From positions 768,001 through 832,000 of the forward strand of contig CAWBZI010000002.1 of the NCBI GenBank assembly GCA_963793265.1: 64,000 nucleotides of DNA. Direction: 5' to 3'. The position numbers were made by a program, and so were the translations under genes. Shown here piece after piece: positions 53,619-62,910 of the stretch. Within the stretch, counting starts at the first letter, position 1. Every line of letters starts with the position of its first letter. Origin of the DNA: an uncultured cyanobacterium (lineage in GTDB: Bacteria; Cyanobacteriota; Cyanobacteriia; Phormidesmidales; Phormidesmidaceae). Under the pieces are notes generated by a model, which saw only the letters and a list, made by a program, of their open reading frames with translations, was not told the origin of the DNA and did no database searches.

Positions 53619-55085
53619 TCACTTGTCCACCGGATTTTGAATTTTTGCTAGCAAATCGTAGAAAGGTTGCCAGTTGTCTTCTTCGGTAATAGGTGCCCAA
53701 ACAGCTTCGATTTGAGGGCGTAGGAGTACTGTTTTAGGATTGGTGGCGTGCAGGCACTTTTGGACTTCAGACATTTTGTCGGTGGGTAGGTGGCTGAGCG
53801 CTTTTTGGTAGTGCGATCGCCATCCTTTCAATAGCTCAGCCGCCACTGGATCAGACTTCTCAACCGCATTTGTCAAAATCAGCGCATCATCAGTCTGCCA
53901 CTCGGGCACGAACTGCTGAGTAAGGGCAGCGAAAAAATCGTGGTAGCCAACGCGAGTTTCTTCAAGCAGAGGTGATGGTTTCAGCAAGCAGGTCGCGTTT
54001 GAGATCGGCAGGTAGGGTGGTGGCAAGAGTAGAGGAGATGCCGAGCTTTTGGAGGGTGTGATCGCAAAACACCTCAGCATACTTAGGCTGATACTGCGCG
54101 AGTCCCGATTCCAGACCGTTAGCATCCACAATCCCAGCTAACGCAACGGCTAATTTCTCCAAATTCCAGTAGCAGGCTCCCGGCTGATTGCCATAGCAAT
54201 AGAGGCCCGAGTAGTCAAAATAAGCGGCTGTGAACTTAGGATCGTATTCGTCCATAAAGGCGAACGGCCCGTAGTCAAAGCTTTCGCCGGTAATCGACAT
54301 GTTGTCGGTGTTAAGTACCGCATGACAAAAGCCTACGCTCATCCACTGGGCAACTAAGGCAGCGAGTCGTTCGGCAAGCTCTGCAAACCAAAGCGCATAT
54401 CGTTCCTGCTCGTCTTCGACACTAAGCAAGTGCGGATAGTAAGTTTCAATGACGTGAGTCAGTAGCTTGCGAATAAGCTCGGGCTGCTTGAGGTAGCTCA
54501 ATCGCTCAAAGGTGCCAAAGCGAATGTGCGAATGGCTAAAGCGCACCATGACCGATGATCGCGTGGGTGACGGTTCATCGCCTCGGTGCAAATCTTCGCC
54601 GGTTTCGATCAGGCTAAGGGTGCGAGAGGTATTTACGCCAAGTGCATGAAGGGCTTCGGAGGCCAAAATCTCCCGTACGCCCCCTTTGAGCGTGAGGCGA
54701 CCGTCGCCGCCACGTGAGTAAGGCGTAGGGCCGGAGCCTTTGGTACCCAAGTCATAGAGTTTGCCATCGGTGCCGCGAACTTGGCCGTATAAAAAGCCGC
54801 GACCGTCGCCTAAAAATGGGTTGTAGCTGCGGAACTGGTAGCCGTGATAGCGGAGGGCTAGGAACTGATCGCGACCCGTTTTTTTGGGGAGAACTCACCG
54901 AAGGCTTGGGTGAAATCGCGATCGCTCACCTCATCCGCACTCAGCCCCATCTGCTGCAACACATCATCATTCCGAAACCGCAGCACATGCTTTGGAAACG
55001 TCGCAGGCGTCACCGCATCGTAGTAGTCATCGCCCAAATCAGCCAAAGCAGACTCATAAGGCAGACTCAAAAAAAGATTCGTCAT
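53619..55085 (-). pseudogene. selO: Protein adenylyltransferase SelO/YdiU, split by two frameshifts (probably artefacts)
   Basis: 'ALRYHGYQF', 'LGDGRG', '[15 protein letters not shown]', 'HAVLNTDN', 'DYGP'. Shifts at about 54879-54889 and 53970. ATG 55085. Confidence 0.88.
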
Positions 55086-55086
55086 C

Positions 55087-57342
55087 TTATCCAACCGCCG
55101 TGATCCGTCTGAGATTGAGCACATCAGACATCTTCCGAATTTGAGCAAAGGTTTTATTCAAATGCTCGCAGTCTTGAATGTCGATACCCAAATCAATCTC
55201 AGCAATTTGGTCAGGGTGCGTCGTCACCCCGGCCTTATGCACATTGATCTTCAAATCCGAAAGCCGGGTCAAAATATCCTTCAACACACCCACTCGGTCA
55301 ATCACCTCAACCTTGATCTGCACCGGATACGTATCGGGCTGTCCTTTCGCCTCATCCATCTGATTCCATCGCAGCGGAATCAGACGCTCACCTGGAATAT
55401 TTTCCACATTAGGACAGTCTTGCCGGTGTACCGCAATGCCTCTACCACCCGTAGAAACGATGCCCAAAATACTTTCACCCGGCAAAGGATGACAGCAGCC
55501 TGCAATGTAGTGTAGCAAGCCTTCTAATCCAGCAATCGGCGCATTATCATAGCCAGTATTACGGTTAGCAGGCGCTTTTACCGCCGGAATCTCGTCTTCT
55601 AAAGTCGTCGTTCGGCCACTCGTATCCGGTTGAATCGGCTGCGATTCCTTAACAGCCTCTTGCAGTCTATTTACAACCGCATTCAGCGTGACCTCGCCAT
55701 AGCCCAACCCCGCCAGCAAATCATTCGCTGAACTATAGTTACAGCGCGCTGCTGTCACCTGCGCAGGCTCAGACTTCAGCAGCGCGTCCAAGCCGCTTTT
55801 GCCCATCACCTTTTCGAGCATGTCATGACCGCGCGCCAGGTTCTCGTCGTAGTGAGACTTTTTGTACCACTGCCGAATGCGGTTGCGCGCCCCTGTGCTG
55901 ACAACAAAGTTCAGCCAGTCAAGACTAGGATGAGAGTTCTTTTGCGTAATAATTTCAACAATGTCACCGTTTTGCAGCTCAGTGTCGAGCGTAACAATCC
56001 GCCCGCTTACCTTTGCCCCAGCGCAGTGATTGCCGACTTCTGTATGAATGCGATAGGCAAAATCGACTGGCGTCGCGCCCCGGCTGAGTGGAATCACATC
56101 GCCGCCGGGGGTAAAGACATAGACATCTTCTTCAAACAGATTATTTTTTACGCCCGAAAGGTATTCCTGAGCATCTTTAAGTTCGTTCTGCCAGTCTAAG
56201 AGCTGACGCAGCCAGGTGAACTTTTCATCGTCGGCATTTGCTGTTGCGTTGCTATTACCTGACTCTTTGTACTTCCAATGAGCCGCAATTCCGTACTCGG
56301 CAATGTGGTGCATCTCGACGGTACGAATTTGCACTTCAATCGGGCGACCGTGAGGCCCAATTACAACCGTGTGTAGCGACTGATAGCGGTTGGGCTTAGG
56401 TAGGCCAATATAGTCTTTAAAGCGGCCTGGAATCGGGCGAAATAAGTTGTGGGCCACCGCCAAGGCTCGGTAGCATTCCTCGGTAGTGCTGACGATAAGA
56501 CGAACGGCGGCGATGTCGTAAATCTCGGTAAACTGCTTTTGCTGCCGCTCCATTTTGCGGTAGATGCTGTAGAGGTGTTTAGGACGACCGCTGACATCTT
56601 CGCAGTGAATGCCCAGGCTCGTAATGCTCTCTCTAAGACTTTGACTGACTTGATTAAGGCGCGCTTCGCGGTCGGCGCGCTTCTCAACGATGAGCTGCTT
56701 GAGTTCGTTGTAGGCGTCGGGCTCAAGGTATTTGAAGCAAAGATCTTCGAGTTCCCACTTGAATCGCCCGATCCCTAAGCGGTTTGCTAGGGGTGCGAAT
56801 ATCTCTAGCGTTTCACGGGCAATCCGAATTTGTTTGTCGGGGCGCAAGTGCTCCAGGGTTCGCATGTTGTGCAGGCGATCGGCTAGCTTGACGACGATGA
56901 CGCGAATATCTTGAGCCATTGCCAAGAACATACGGCGAAAGTTCTCGGCCTGCTGCTCGGTTTTACTTTCAAAGTTAAACTTAGAGAGCTTTGTAACCCC
57001 TTCGACTAGGTGACGAACTTCTGCGCCAAACAGTCCTTCAATCTCATCGGCGGTAACGTCAGTATCTTCAACAACATCGTGCAAAAAGCCAGCGGCAATC
57101 ATGGCGCTATCGCCACCTAAGCTTCGGAGCAACCCGGCGACTGCAACCGGATGAGCAATGTATGGATCCCCAGACGCTCGCATTTGCCCCTTATGGAGCT
57201 GATAGGCAAATTCAAAAGCGCGGCAGACGAGCTGGTTGCCATCGACGACATCAGCGTTCTCTTCATGCTTAACCAAACAGGAGGAGAGCCAGGCGGGCAA
57301 CGGACAATCTTCTTGAGAAACGGCAAGGGCGGTTGCAGTCAT
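55087..57342 (-). CDS. spoT: Bifunctional (p)ppGpp synthetase/hydrolase Rel (RelA/SpoT)
   Basis: HD domain 'LHDVVED', synthetase 'FKDYI..PKPN.YQSLHT', 'EVQIRT', TGS and ACT domains. Confidence 0.96.
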   Translation of the reverse strand: MTATALAVSQEDCPLPAWLSSCLVKHEENADVVDGNQLVCRAFEFAYQLHKGQMRASGDPYIAHPVAVAGLLRSLGGDSAMIAAGFLHDVVEDTDVTADEIEGLFGAEVRHLVEGVTKLSKFNFESKTEQQAENFRRMFLAMAQDIRVIVVKLADRLHNMRTLEHLRPDKQIRIARETLEIFAPLANRLGIGRFKWELEDLCFKYLEPDAYNELKQLIVEKRADREARLNQVSQSLRESITSLGIHCEDVSGRPKHLYSIYRKMERQQKQFTEIYDIAAVRLIVSTTEECYRALAVAHNLFRPIPGRFKDYIGLPKPNRYQSLHTVVIGPHGRPIEVQIRTVEMHHIAEYGIAAHWKYKESGNSNATANADDEKFTWLRQLLDWQNELKDAQEYLSGVKNNLFEEDVYVFTPGGDVIPLSRGATPVDFAYRIHTEVGNHCAGAKVSGRIVTLDTELQNGDIVEIITQKNSHPSLDWLNFVVSTGARNRIRQWYKKSHYDENLARGHDMLEKVMGKSGLDALLKSEPAQVTAARCNYSSANDLLAGLGYGEVTLNAVVNRLQEAVKESQPIQPDTSGRTTTLEDEIPAVKAPANRNTGYDNAPIAGLEGLLHYIAGCCHPLPGESILGIVSTGGRGIAVHRQDCPNVENIPGERLIPLRWNQMDEAKGQPDTYPVQIKVEVIDRVGVLKDILTRLSDLKINVHKAGVTTHPDQIAEIDLGIDIQDCEHLNKTFAQIRKMSDVLNLRRITAVG

Positions 57343-57477
57343 AGCTGAAAGTGTCTCTTATGAAATGACGATTGATATGGCGACCGATATGGCGGTTAGG
57401 ACGGCAGCCGCTTAATAACCTGGCTGATAGTCCAAAAAGAGCGGTAGAACGATAGAAGTTGAGTAACGTTAGTTAAA

Positions 57478-57491
57478 GTAGAATTAACTAC
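57478..57491. promoter_or_regulatory. NtcA-type box (GTA-N8-TAC)
   Basis: GTAGAATTAACTAC inside the extended palindrome AAAGTAG-N6-CTACTTT. A TAN3T (TATCGT) hexamer lies 23 nt away on the minus strand, towards rel. Confidence 0.55.
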
Positions 57492-57968
57492 TTTGAGATA
57501 AAAATCAGAACTTATGAAAGTATCTTCTTTTCGAGGCTTTCTTTTTATGAGAGAGGCATCACAAAAGGAAACAAACTACAAGGAGTAACCGTAAATTATG
57601 TCTTCAGGCATGATTCGTTGAGCCCTGGAAAGCAATTATCGTGATTTGGCTATCTTTTAAATCGTAGATATCTGATAAATGAAAGATGCTCTACGGATAA
57701 AAAAATAGACCTTGATAGGTCTGACGCAAATCAAGTGTGTTTTGTTCAAGCGCATTTTGTTGTACGCAAGCTTGGTCAACTGCTTTGTGCAAGGTAAATT
57801 TACTTAGAGAATGAAGGGTGTCAGACTCTTTTTGATACTGAGCTTCCGTGAGCTGTTTTTGTGGGCTTTTGATTTGGCTAAAGGCAGAGCTGGTATAAAT
57901 TTGTTGATTAGACAATGATAAACAAAACTGTCACGATTGAGAGAAGAGATTAGAAAAAAAGGAATTGG

Positions 57969-58340
57969 ATGGCCCATTCAGCGCATGAATTATGTAGCCT
58001 TGTTCAGTCTTTTTTGACGAATATTAACGAGTTGGCTGTCATACCCGACGATTGGACTGCTACTTTTGTAGAGCAGCTAACGGAGCTACAACAGCAGTTT
58101 CAACAAATAATAGAGGCATTTGAAGCAACACGCATCGATCCTCAGGCAGAGCAGCGATTAAGACCTTTTTTGACAGAAGGCCACAGGCGGTTACGATTAG
58201 CAGGCGTTGAAGCGATGCGGCTGCGGGCAGCAAAACAGCCTGCCACGATAGAAAAGCAGCGATCGCACATTCAAGCCCATCTCGATCAGCTGCAAAAGTT
58301 CGCCCAAGCGATCGCTGATGAGGTGTGCCCCGACTCGTAG
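57969..58340 (+). CDS. patD: PatD-like protein (heterocyst frequency control family)
   Basis: 'TE.HR.LRL...AM.LRAAKQPAT...R..I...L..L' pattern; position divergent from rel. Confidence 0.7.
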   Translation: MAHSAHELCSLVQSFLTNINELAVIPDDWTATFVEQLTELQQQFQQIIEAFEATRIDPQAEQRLRPFLTEGHRRLRLAGVEAMRLRAAKQPATIEKQRSHIQAHLDQLQKFAQAIADEVCPDS

Positions 58341-58352
58341 GAAACCACTGCC

Positions 58353-58919
58353 GTGCACTGCCCCAAAGAAACCGCGATCGCGCTAACCCCCAATCAGCGC
58401 ACCAAAGATCTGCCGACTCACGGCTGCGCTAGCTGCGAAGGCCACTGGATTCCGGCTAAAAACTACCAGAGGTGGCAGGCGCTCAATGCTGGCTTAGATG
58501 CGATTCCTGAAAAAGTGCTGCCGCTATCGCTAGAAACAGATTTTAAGCCTGCGCCGCTAGATGGGCGGGCGGGGCTATGCCCGGAGTGTGGGACATATTT
58601 GAAGCGATCGCGGATTAATCTGCGCAGAGGCTCCTTTTATATAGAGCGGTGTCCTTTGTGCGATGGGCTGTGGTGCGATCGCGGTGAATGGCAGATATTT
58701 GAGGCGCTAGGCTTACACGTTCAAATACCAATCGTCTTTCAGCCTGAGTGGCAGTCGCAGGTAAAGGCAATGGAGCAGGTTGAGCGGCAGCGAATGGCGG
58801 TGGTGGAAAAGCTGGGGGATGATATTGCCAATCGTGTGTTTGAGCTATCTGATTTACTTAAGAACCATCCCCACGGCGATTTTGGGGTGGGCTATTTGAT
58901 GCGGAAGTTGAACGAGTAG
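58353..58919 (+). CDS. zf-TFIIB-like zinc-ribbon protein
   Basis: Repeated CxxC motifs 'CASCEGHW', 'CPECG', 'IERCPLCDGLWCDRGEW'. Confidence 0.8.
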   Translation: MHCPKETAIALTPNQRTKDLPTHGCASCEGHWIPAKNYQRWQALNAGLDAIPEKVLPLSLETDFKPAPLDGRAGLCPECGTYLKRSRINLRRGSFYIERCPLCDGLWCDRGEWQIFEALGLHVQIPIVFQPEWQSQVKAMEQVERQRMAVVEKLGDDIANRVFELSDLLKNHPHGDFGVGYLMRKLNE

Positions 58920-59094
58920 AAGCCCTCAGACTTGGCGACGCAGGATGTACGCGAGTTCGCAGAATTTGCGCTGCAGGTGTATGAAATGTCAGGGAAGCTG
59001 TTATGCGATCACGCCCAAAGCGACAACAACAAACAACTTTGCACTTGGGAAAAGAACAGCTCGCCAATCTAAATTCTCGATAAACTTATGCTTA

Positions 59095-59224
59095 CGGCCT
59101 GAAGTAAATCCTCTGTGGAGGGGCGCAGGGGTGGGTTTCGGTTTGTTGCGTAGGTTGCCGAACCCATCCCATCGCTCCTAATGCCTCTTGGGCCACCCTT
59201 CCAGAAGGGATTTACTTCGGGCTG
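59095..59224. repeat. ~130-bp imperfect palindromic element (MITE/REP-like)
   Basis: CGGCCTGAAGTAAATCC...GGATTTACTTCGGGCTG outer arms with inner GGGTGGGTTTCGG / CCGAACCCATCCC arms. Confidence 0.65.
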
Positions 59225-59276
59225 TGAAGTTAAACAGCGCTGATAGAAGTGCCCTATAGACAATTGCTTGCCCGAA

Positions 59277-59447
59277 CTAGCATCGATTTAGCTGCAAAAG
59301 TTCGGGCACCATCACTCTTAACTTTTGTGCCAGTAATTCTAACGTTTCAGCCTCAGTTGCTAAGCCAGGAACATCATCACTCGTCGCCACCCACACTTCA
59401 GCCTCATCATCCCAAAAAGCATCAATCTTGCAGGTTGTCTGACTCAT
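59277..59447 (-). CDS. DUF1902-family (HicB-like) protein, short and possibly truncated
   Basis: 'AFWDDEAEVWVATSDDVPGLATEAETLE.L..KL..MVPELL' pattern; 56 aa from ATG 59447. Confidence 0.8.
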   Translation of the reverse strand: MSQTTCKIDAFWDDEAEVWVATSDDVPGLATEAETLELLAQKLRVMVPELLQLNRC

Positions 59448-59520
59448 ACTGACATCTCCCTCATTCTTTGAGCCTACCTGAATAGTTCTCGCAATTGCCA
59501 AGGTTTCCTGTCAAAAGATG

Positions 59521-59558
59521 TTGACACCCGTAAAAATACTGATACGCTAGTTTTACGG
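59521..59558 (+). promoter_or_regulatory. Sigma70-like promoter with overlapping inverted repeat
   Basis: TTGACA (59521)-16 nt-TACGCT (59543); CCGTAAAA-N15-TTTTACGG at 59528-59558. Confidence 0.5.
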
Positions 59559-59599
59559 CTGTTGCCCTGTCTTAAACCCACTCGGCAATCGCTCTAACC

Positions 59600-59752
59600 G
59601 CTCAAAAATTTAGCAAGCCGCCCGTGTTAACTGCTACGAACAGCCAACACAGGCTCGCCCCTTAACTGCTCTCGGCAGTCAAGAGGTTATGGAATATGAT
59701 ATTCCATAGCCGCCCTGACTCATGACAAGTTGGGGCGGCTAAATTTTTGCGC
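59600..59752 (+). ncRNA. Candidate structured cis-regulatory leader (attenuator-like)
   Basis: Two repeated hairpins, a perfect palindrome, a terminator-like hairpin with T-tract, and an alternative long-range pairing of 59600-59623 with 59733-59752. Confidence 0.45.
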
Positions 59753-59778
59753 TTTCTTCAAACTCATCTCGGAGAAAC

Positions 59779-60129
59779 GTGAAAATGACCATTCGCCTCA
59801 TGAGACTGCCTGGCCTCGCGCTCAGGTTGCAAACCCATTCGACTACTTTTCCTGGATCCCTAACCTCAGACGCTATAGATCAAGACTTCCTGAATCCTTT
59901 AAGTGGGCCTACTCGTAAGCAAAATAAGGGCGATCGCACCTGCCAAAAAGAAGAACTGCGCCACATTCTACTCGGCTCGCCCGGCGCAATTCAGCAGGCC
60001 ATCCATCAGCTACACGTATTGAACTACGCAGAAACAGTACTGTGGAGCCCGACTACGGCGGTGGACGATCGCATCATCATCACGCCAGAGCAGGGAGAAG
60101 CCATGAGCTTATTGAGGCGATCGGTATAG
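59779..60129 (+). CDS. Small hypothetical protein ('LRHILLGSP..I..AIH.LH.LNYAE...WSP' type)
   Basis: 116-aa ORF with GGAG at 59771 before GTG 59779 / ATG 59785. The C-terminal half looks like a conserved cyanobacterial hypothetical. Confidence 0.7.
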   Translation: MKMTIRLMRLPGLALRLQTHSTTFPGSLTSDAIDQDFLNPLSGPTRKQNKGDRTCQKEELRHILLGSPGAIQQAIHQLHVLNYAETVLWSPTTAVDDRIIITPEQGEAMSLLRRSV

Positions 60130-60246
60130 TTTGACACCGGTTCAGGATAAGCGTTTCATGCTTACCGGCAGATCCTTGTATCTTAGGAGCAAGGCATCTG
60201 CGGGTGCCAGCCAAATGACTCTTAATGCGTAAACAATAAAAAGCCC

Positions 60247-61947
60247 ATGGCCGCTCTTCCCACTCCGCCCGGCGTTTCCAATCCCGTAGATACTGTAAAC
60301 GTGGCATCAAATCCACCACTATTCGCCGTCGAGAACTTTCGGGTGTCTTATACGGGCCAGTCGGTATGGGCGATTGACGATGTGAGCCTTTCCTTACGGG
60401 CAGGCGAACGGCTTGGCCTCGTAGGCGAATCGGGCTGCGGCAAAAGTACGCTCGGGCGAGCAGCGATGCGACTTATGCCGCCAGCCACCCGCATTGAAGG
60501 CAAAGCCACCTTTCAAGGCGACTCCATTCTAGATTTCTCGCCCGTAGAGCTGCGAAAGTTCCGGGGAGAAGCCGTCTCACTCGTCTTTCAAGATCCGATG
60601 ACGCGGCTCGATCCTCTAATGACGATTGGTGACCACTGCACAGAAACGCTGATGGCCCACCGGCCTGAGCTGAGCAAAAAGCAGGCCAAAGAAATTGCGG
60701 TAGCCACGCTCGAAACCGTCAAAATTCCTGCTGAGCGTTGGGCGCAATATCCCCACGAGTTTAGCGGCGGTATGCGGCAAAGAGTCGCGATCGCGCTAGC
60801 CCTCGTGCTCAATCCCAAACTCATCGTTGCCGACGAACCTACCACCAGCTTAGATGTCACCGTATCAGCGCAAATTTTAGAGCAGCTTACAGAGCTGTGT
60901 GCTGAGCGCAATATGGGTCTGATTTTGATTTCTCATGATTTGGCTTTAGTGGGGGAGTATTGCGATCGCATCGCTGTGATGTACCAAGGCAAACTCGTCG
61001 AAATCGGCCCCACCCAAGAAGTCTTTTACAACCCACAGCATCCCTACACCCAGTCGCTCCTCAAAGCCGCCAATCAGCTTCAGTCCGCCGGAGCCCAAAA
61101 CTCAGCGGGCGAGGCAATTAACGAAAACATCCCGATCCTTAGCCTGCAAAATCTCACCAAGCACTACACCTTAGAGCAAGGCATTCTCAGCAAGCTGCTC
61201 AGGCAAGATCCGCCCGAGGCGATCAAAGCCGTCGATGGTGTCTCACTCGATCTTTACCCCGGCGAAATTCTCGGCCTCGTAGGCGAATCCGGCTGCGGCA
61301 AAAGCACCCTCTCTCGCACCCTGCTGCGCATCGTCGAACCCACCTCCGGCAAAATCATATTCCAGGGCACCGACTTCACCGACCTATCGCGCACAGACTT
61401 ACAGGCCAAGCGTCGCGACATTCAAATGATCTTCCAAGATCCACACGCCTGCCTAAACCCAATGATGACTATCGGCAGGGGCATTGCCGATCCACTGTTA
61501 ATTCACGGGCTTGCCAGCCACGCCGAAGCTGAGAAAAAAGTGAACGCGATGCTAGAGCGCGTCGGCCTTACGCCCGTAGAAGACTACTATCATCGCTATC
61601 CCGGCGATATTTCGGGCGGACAGCAGCAAAGAGTTGCGATCGCCCGCGCCCTCATCACCCGGCCCAAGCTCGTAATCTGCGATGAGCCCGTCAGTATGCT
61701 AGACGCCAGCGTTCAGGCACAGGTGCTAGAGCTAATGCTCGATCTTAAAGATGAGCTGGAGCTGACGTATTTGTTTATTACGCATGATCTGTGGGTGGCG
61801 AAATATTTGTGCGATCGCATTGCTGTGATGAACGGCGGCAAACTCGTCGAAATCGGCTCCACCGAACAAATCTTCAGCGCCCCCGCCCACCCCTATACAA
61901 AGACACTGCTTCAAGCAGCTCCCCTGCTTGCAAAGGCCAACGGTTAA
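60247..61947 (+). CDS. Peptide/nickel-type ABC transporter ATP-binding protein (two fused NBDs)
   Basis: Two GESGCGKS Walker A motifs, '[12 protein letters not shown]', 'SGGQQQR', HPYT motifs. Confidence 0.93.
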   Translation: MAALPTPPGVSNPVDTVNVASNPPLFAVENFRVSYTGQSVWAIDDVSLSLRAGERLGLVGESGCGKSTLGRAAMRLMPPATRIEGKATFQGDSILDFSPVELRKFRGEAVSLVFQDPMTRLDPLMTIGDHCTETLMAHRPELSKKQAKEIAVATLETVKIPAERWAQYPHEFSGGMRQRVAIALALVLNPKLIVADEPTTSLDVTVSAQILEQLTELCAERNMGLILISHDLALVGEYCDRIAVMYQGKLVEIGPTQEVFYNPQHPYTQSLLKAANQLQSAGAQNSAGEAINENIPILSLQNLTKHYTLEQGILSKLLRQDPPEAIKAVDGVSLDLYPGEILGLVGESGCGKSTLSRTLLRIVEPTSGKIIFQGTDFTDLSRTDLQAKRRDIQMIFQDPHACLNPMMTIGRGIADPLLIHGLASHAEAEKKVNAMLERVGLTPVEDYYHRYPGDISGGQQQRVAIARALITRPKLVICDEPVSMLDASVQAQVLELMLDLKDELELTYLFITHDLWVAKYLCDRIAVMNGGKLVEIGSTEQIFSAPAHPYTKTLLQAAPLLAKANG

Positions 61948-61989
61948 GCAAGAGATAGGAGAAATGACTAACAAAAAGTAGGAGAGAAA

Positions 61990-62910
61990 ATGACTGCATT
62001 GATTGTTCATGGGGGCTGTGGGATTTGGCTTGATTATGCTGAGGAAGAGGCAATAGCTGGCTGTAGAGAAGCGGTTGTAGCAGGGCGGCAGGTTTTAGCA
62101 GCAGGTGGCACGGCTTTGGCAGGGGCGATCGCAGCCTGCACTGCCTTAGAAAACAACCCCCTCTACAACGCCGGTACCGGCAGCGTTCTCAACTACGATG
62201 GCAACGCCCAAATGGACGCAAGCCTAATGGAAGGGCATACGCTACGCTTCGGCGGGGTCGGTGCTATTGAGCGCGTCAAAAATCCTGTTCTCGTAGCCCA
62301 ACAAGTCATCGAACAAACCGACCACAATCTTTTAGTCGGGCCAGGTGCCACTGAATTCGCCCGCAAGGTTGGCTTTCCAGACTACGATCCGCGCACAAAC
62401 CAAAGAATCGCAGAACACCAGATGCTCAAGGCCAAAGTTCCCAAAGGCGAGCTTAAAACCAGCCGTTTCTCAACCGGCCATCCTGAACACGCCCACAGCT
62501 CAACTACTGGCACCGTTGGCGCAGTCGCTCTGGACTCGTACGGCAACTTAGCCGCCGTCACCACAACCGGCGGTATTTTGCTCAAACTCCCCGGACGAGT
62601 AGGCGATACAGCGCTACCCGGCGGCGGCACCTATGCTACAGACTACGGCGCGGCTTCTTCAACCGGCACAGGCGAATATGTCATGCGAATTCTTGGCACC
62701 CGGCAGGTGTGTGACCTGATCGCAGCAGGGCATTCCGCTCAAGTGGCAATAGACAAAACGTTAATGGAGATTAATACGCGCTTCAGCGCACAAACCGGGC
62801 TCATCGGCATTGATCGCGAAGGCAATGTTGGCCTGGCACATCTTACGCCTGAGATGCCTCACGCATTCTTTTCAGGCAGCGATGAGATCACGGCTCGGAT
62901 TCGCGTTTAA
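61990..62910 (+). CDS. iaaA: Isoaspartyl peptidase / L-asparaginase (Ntn hydrolase)
   Basis: 'IVHGG.G', 'LE..P.YNAG.G', autoproteolysis site 'GTVGAVA', 'GRVGDT', 'TGTGE'. Confidence 0.88.
   Translation: MTALIVHGGCGIWLDYAEEEAIAGCREAVVAGRQVLAAGGTALAGAIAACTALENNPLYNAGTGSVLNYDGNAQMDASLMEGHTLRFGGVGAIERVKNPVLVAQQVIEQTDHNLLVGPGATEFARKVGFPDYDPRTNQRIAEHQMLKAKVPKGELKTSRFSTGHPEHAHSSTTGTVGAVALDSYGNLAAVTTTGGILLKLPGRVGDTALPGGGTYATDYGAASSTGTGEYVMRILGTRQVCDLIAAGHSAQVAIDKTLMEINTRFSAQTGLIGIDREGNVGLAHLTPEMPHAFFSGSDEITARIRV

Noticed and set aside
57691..57915. 74-aa minus-strand ORF in the rel-patD spacer
   Set aside because: TTG start, no clear SD, no recognisable motif. It cannot be supported without homology data, though a small protein is not excluded.
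58920..59072. Short open frame (LATQDVREFAEFALQVYEMSGKLL...) as a gene remnant
   Set aside because: About 46 codons with no identifiable family; too weak to call.
59627..59682. Repeated 21-nt unit as a mini CRISPR array
   Set aside because: Only two units, a 14-nt spacer and no cas genes; treated as part of the structured leader.
62888..62910. Convergent 23-bp overlap of iaaA and the Uma2 gene
   Set aside because: Short 3' overlaps are common; no further signal.
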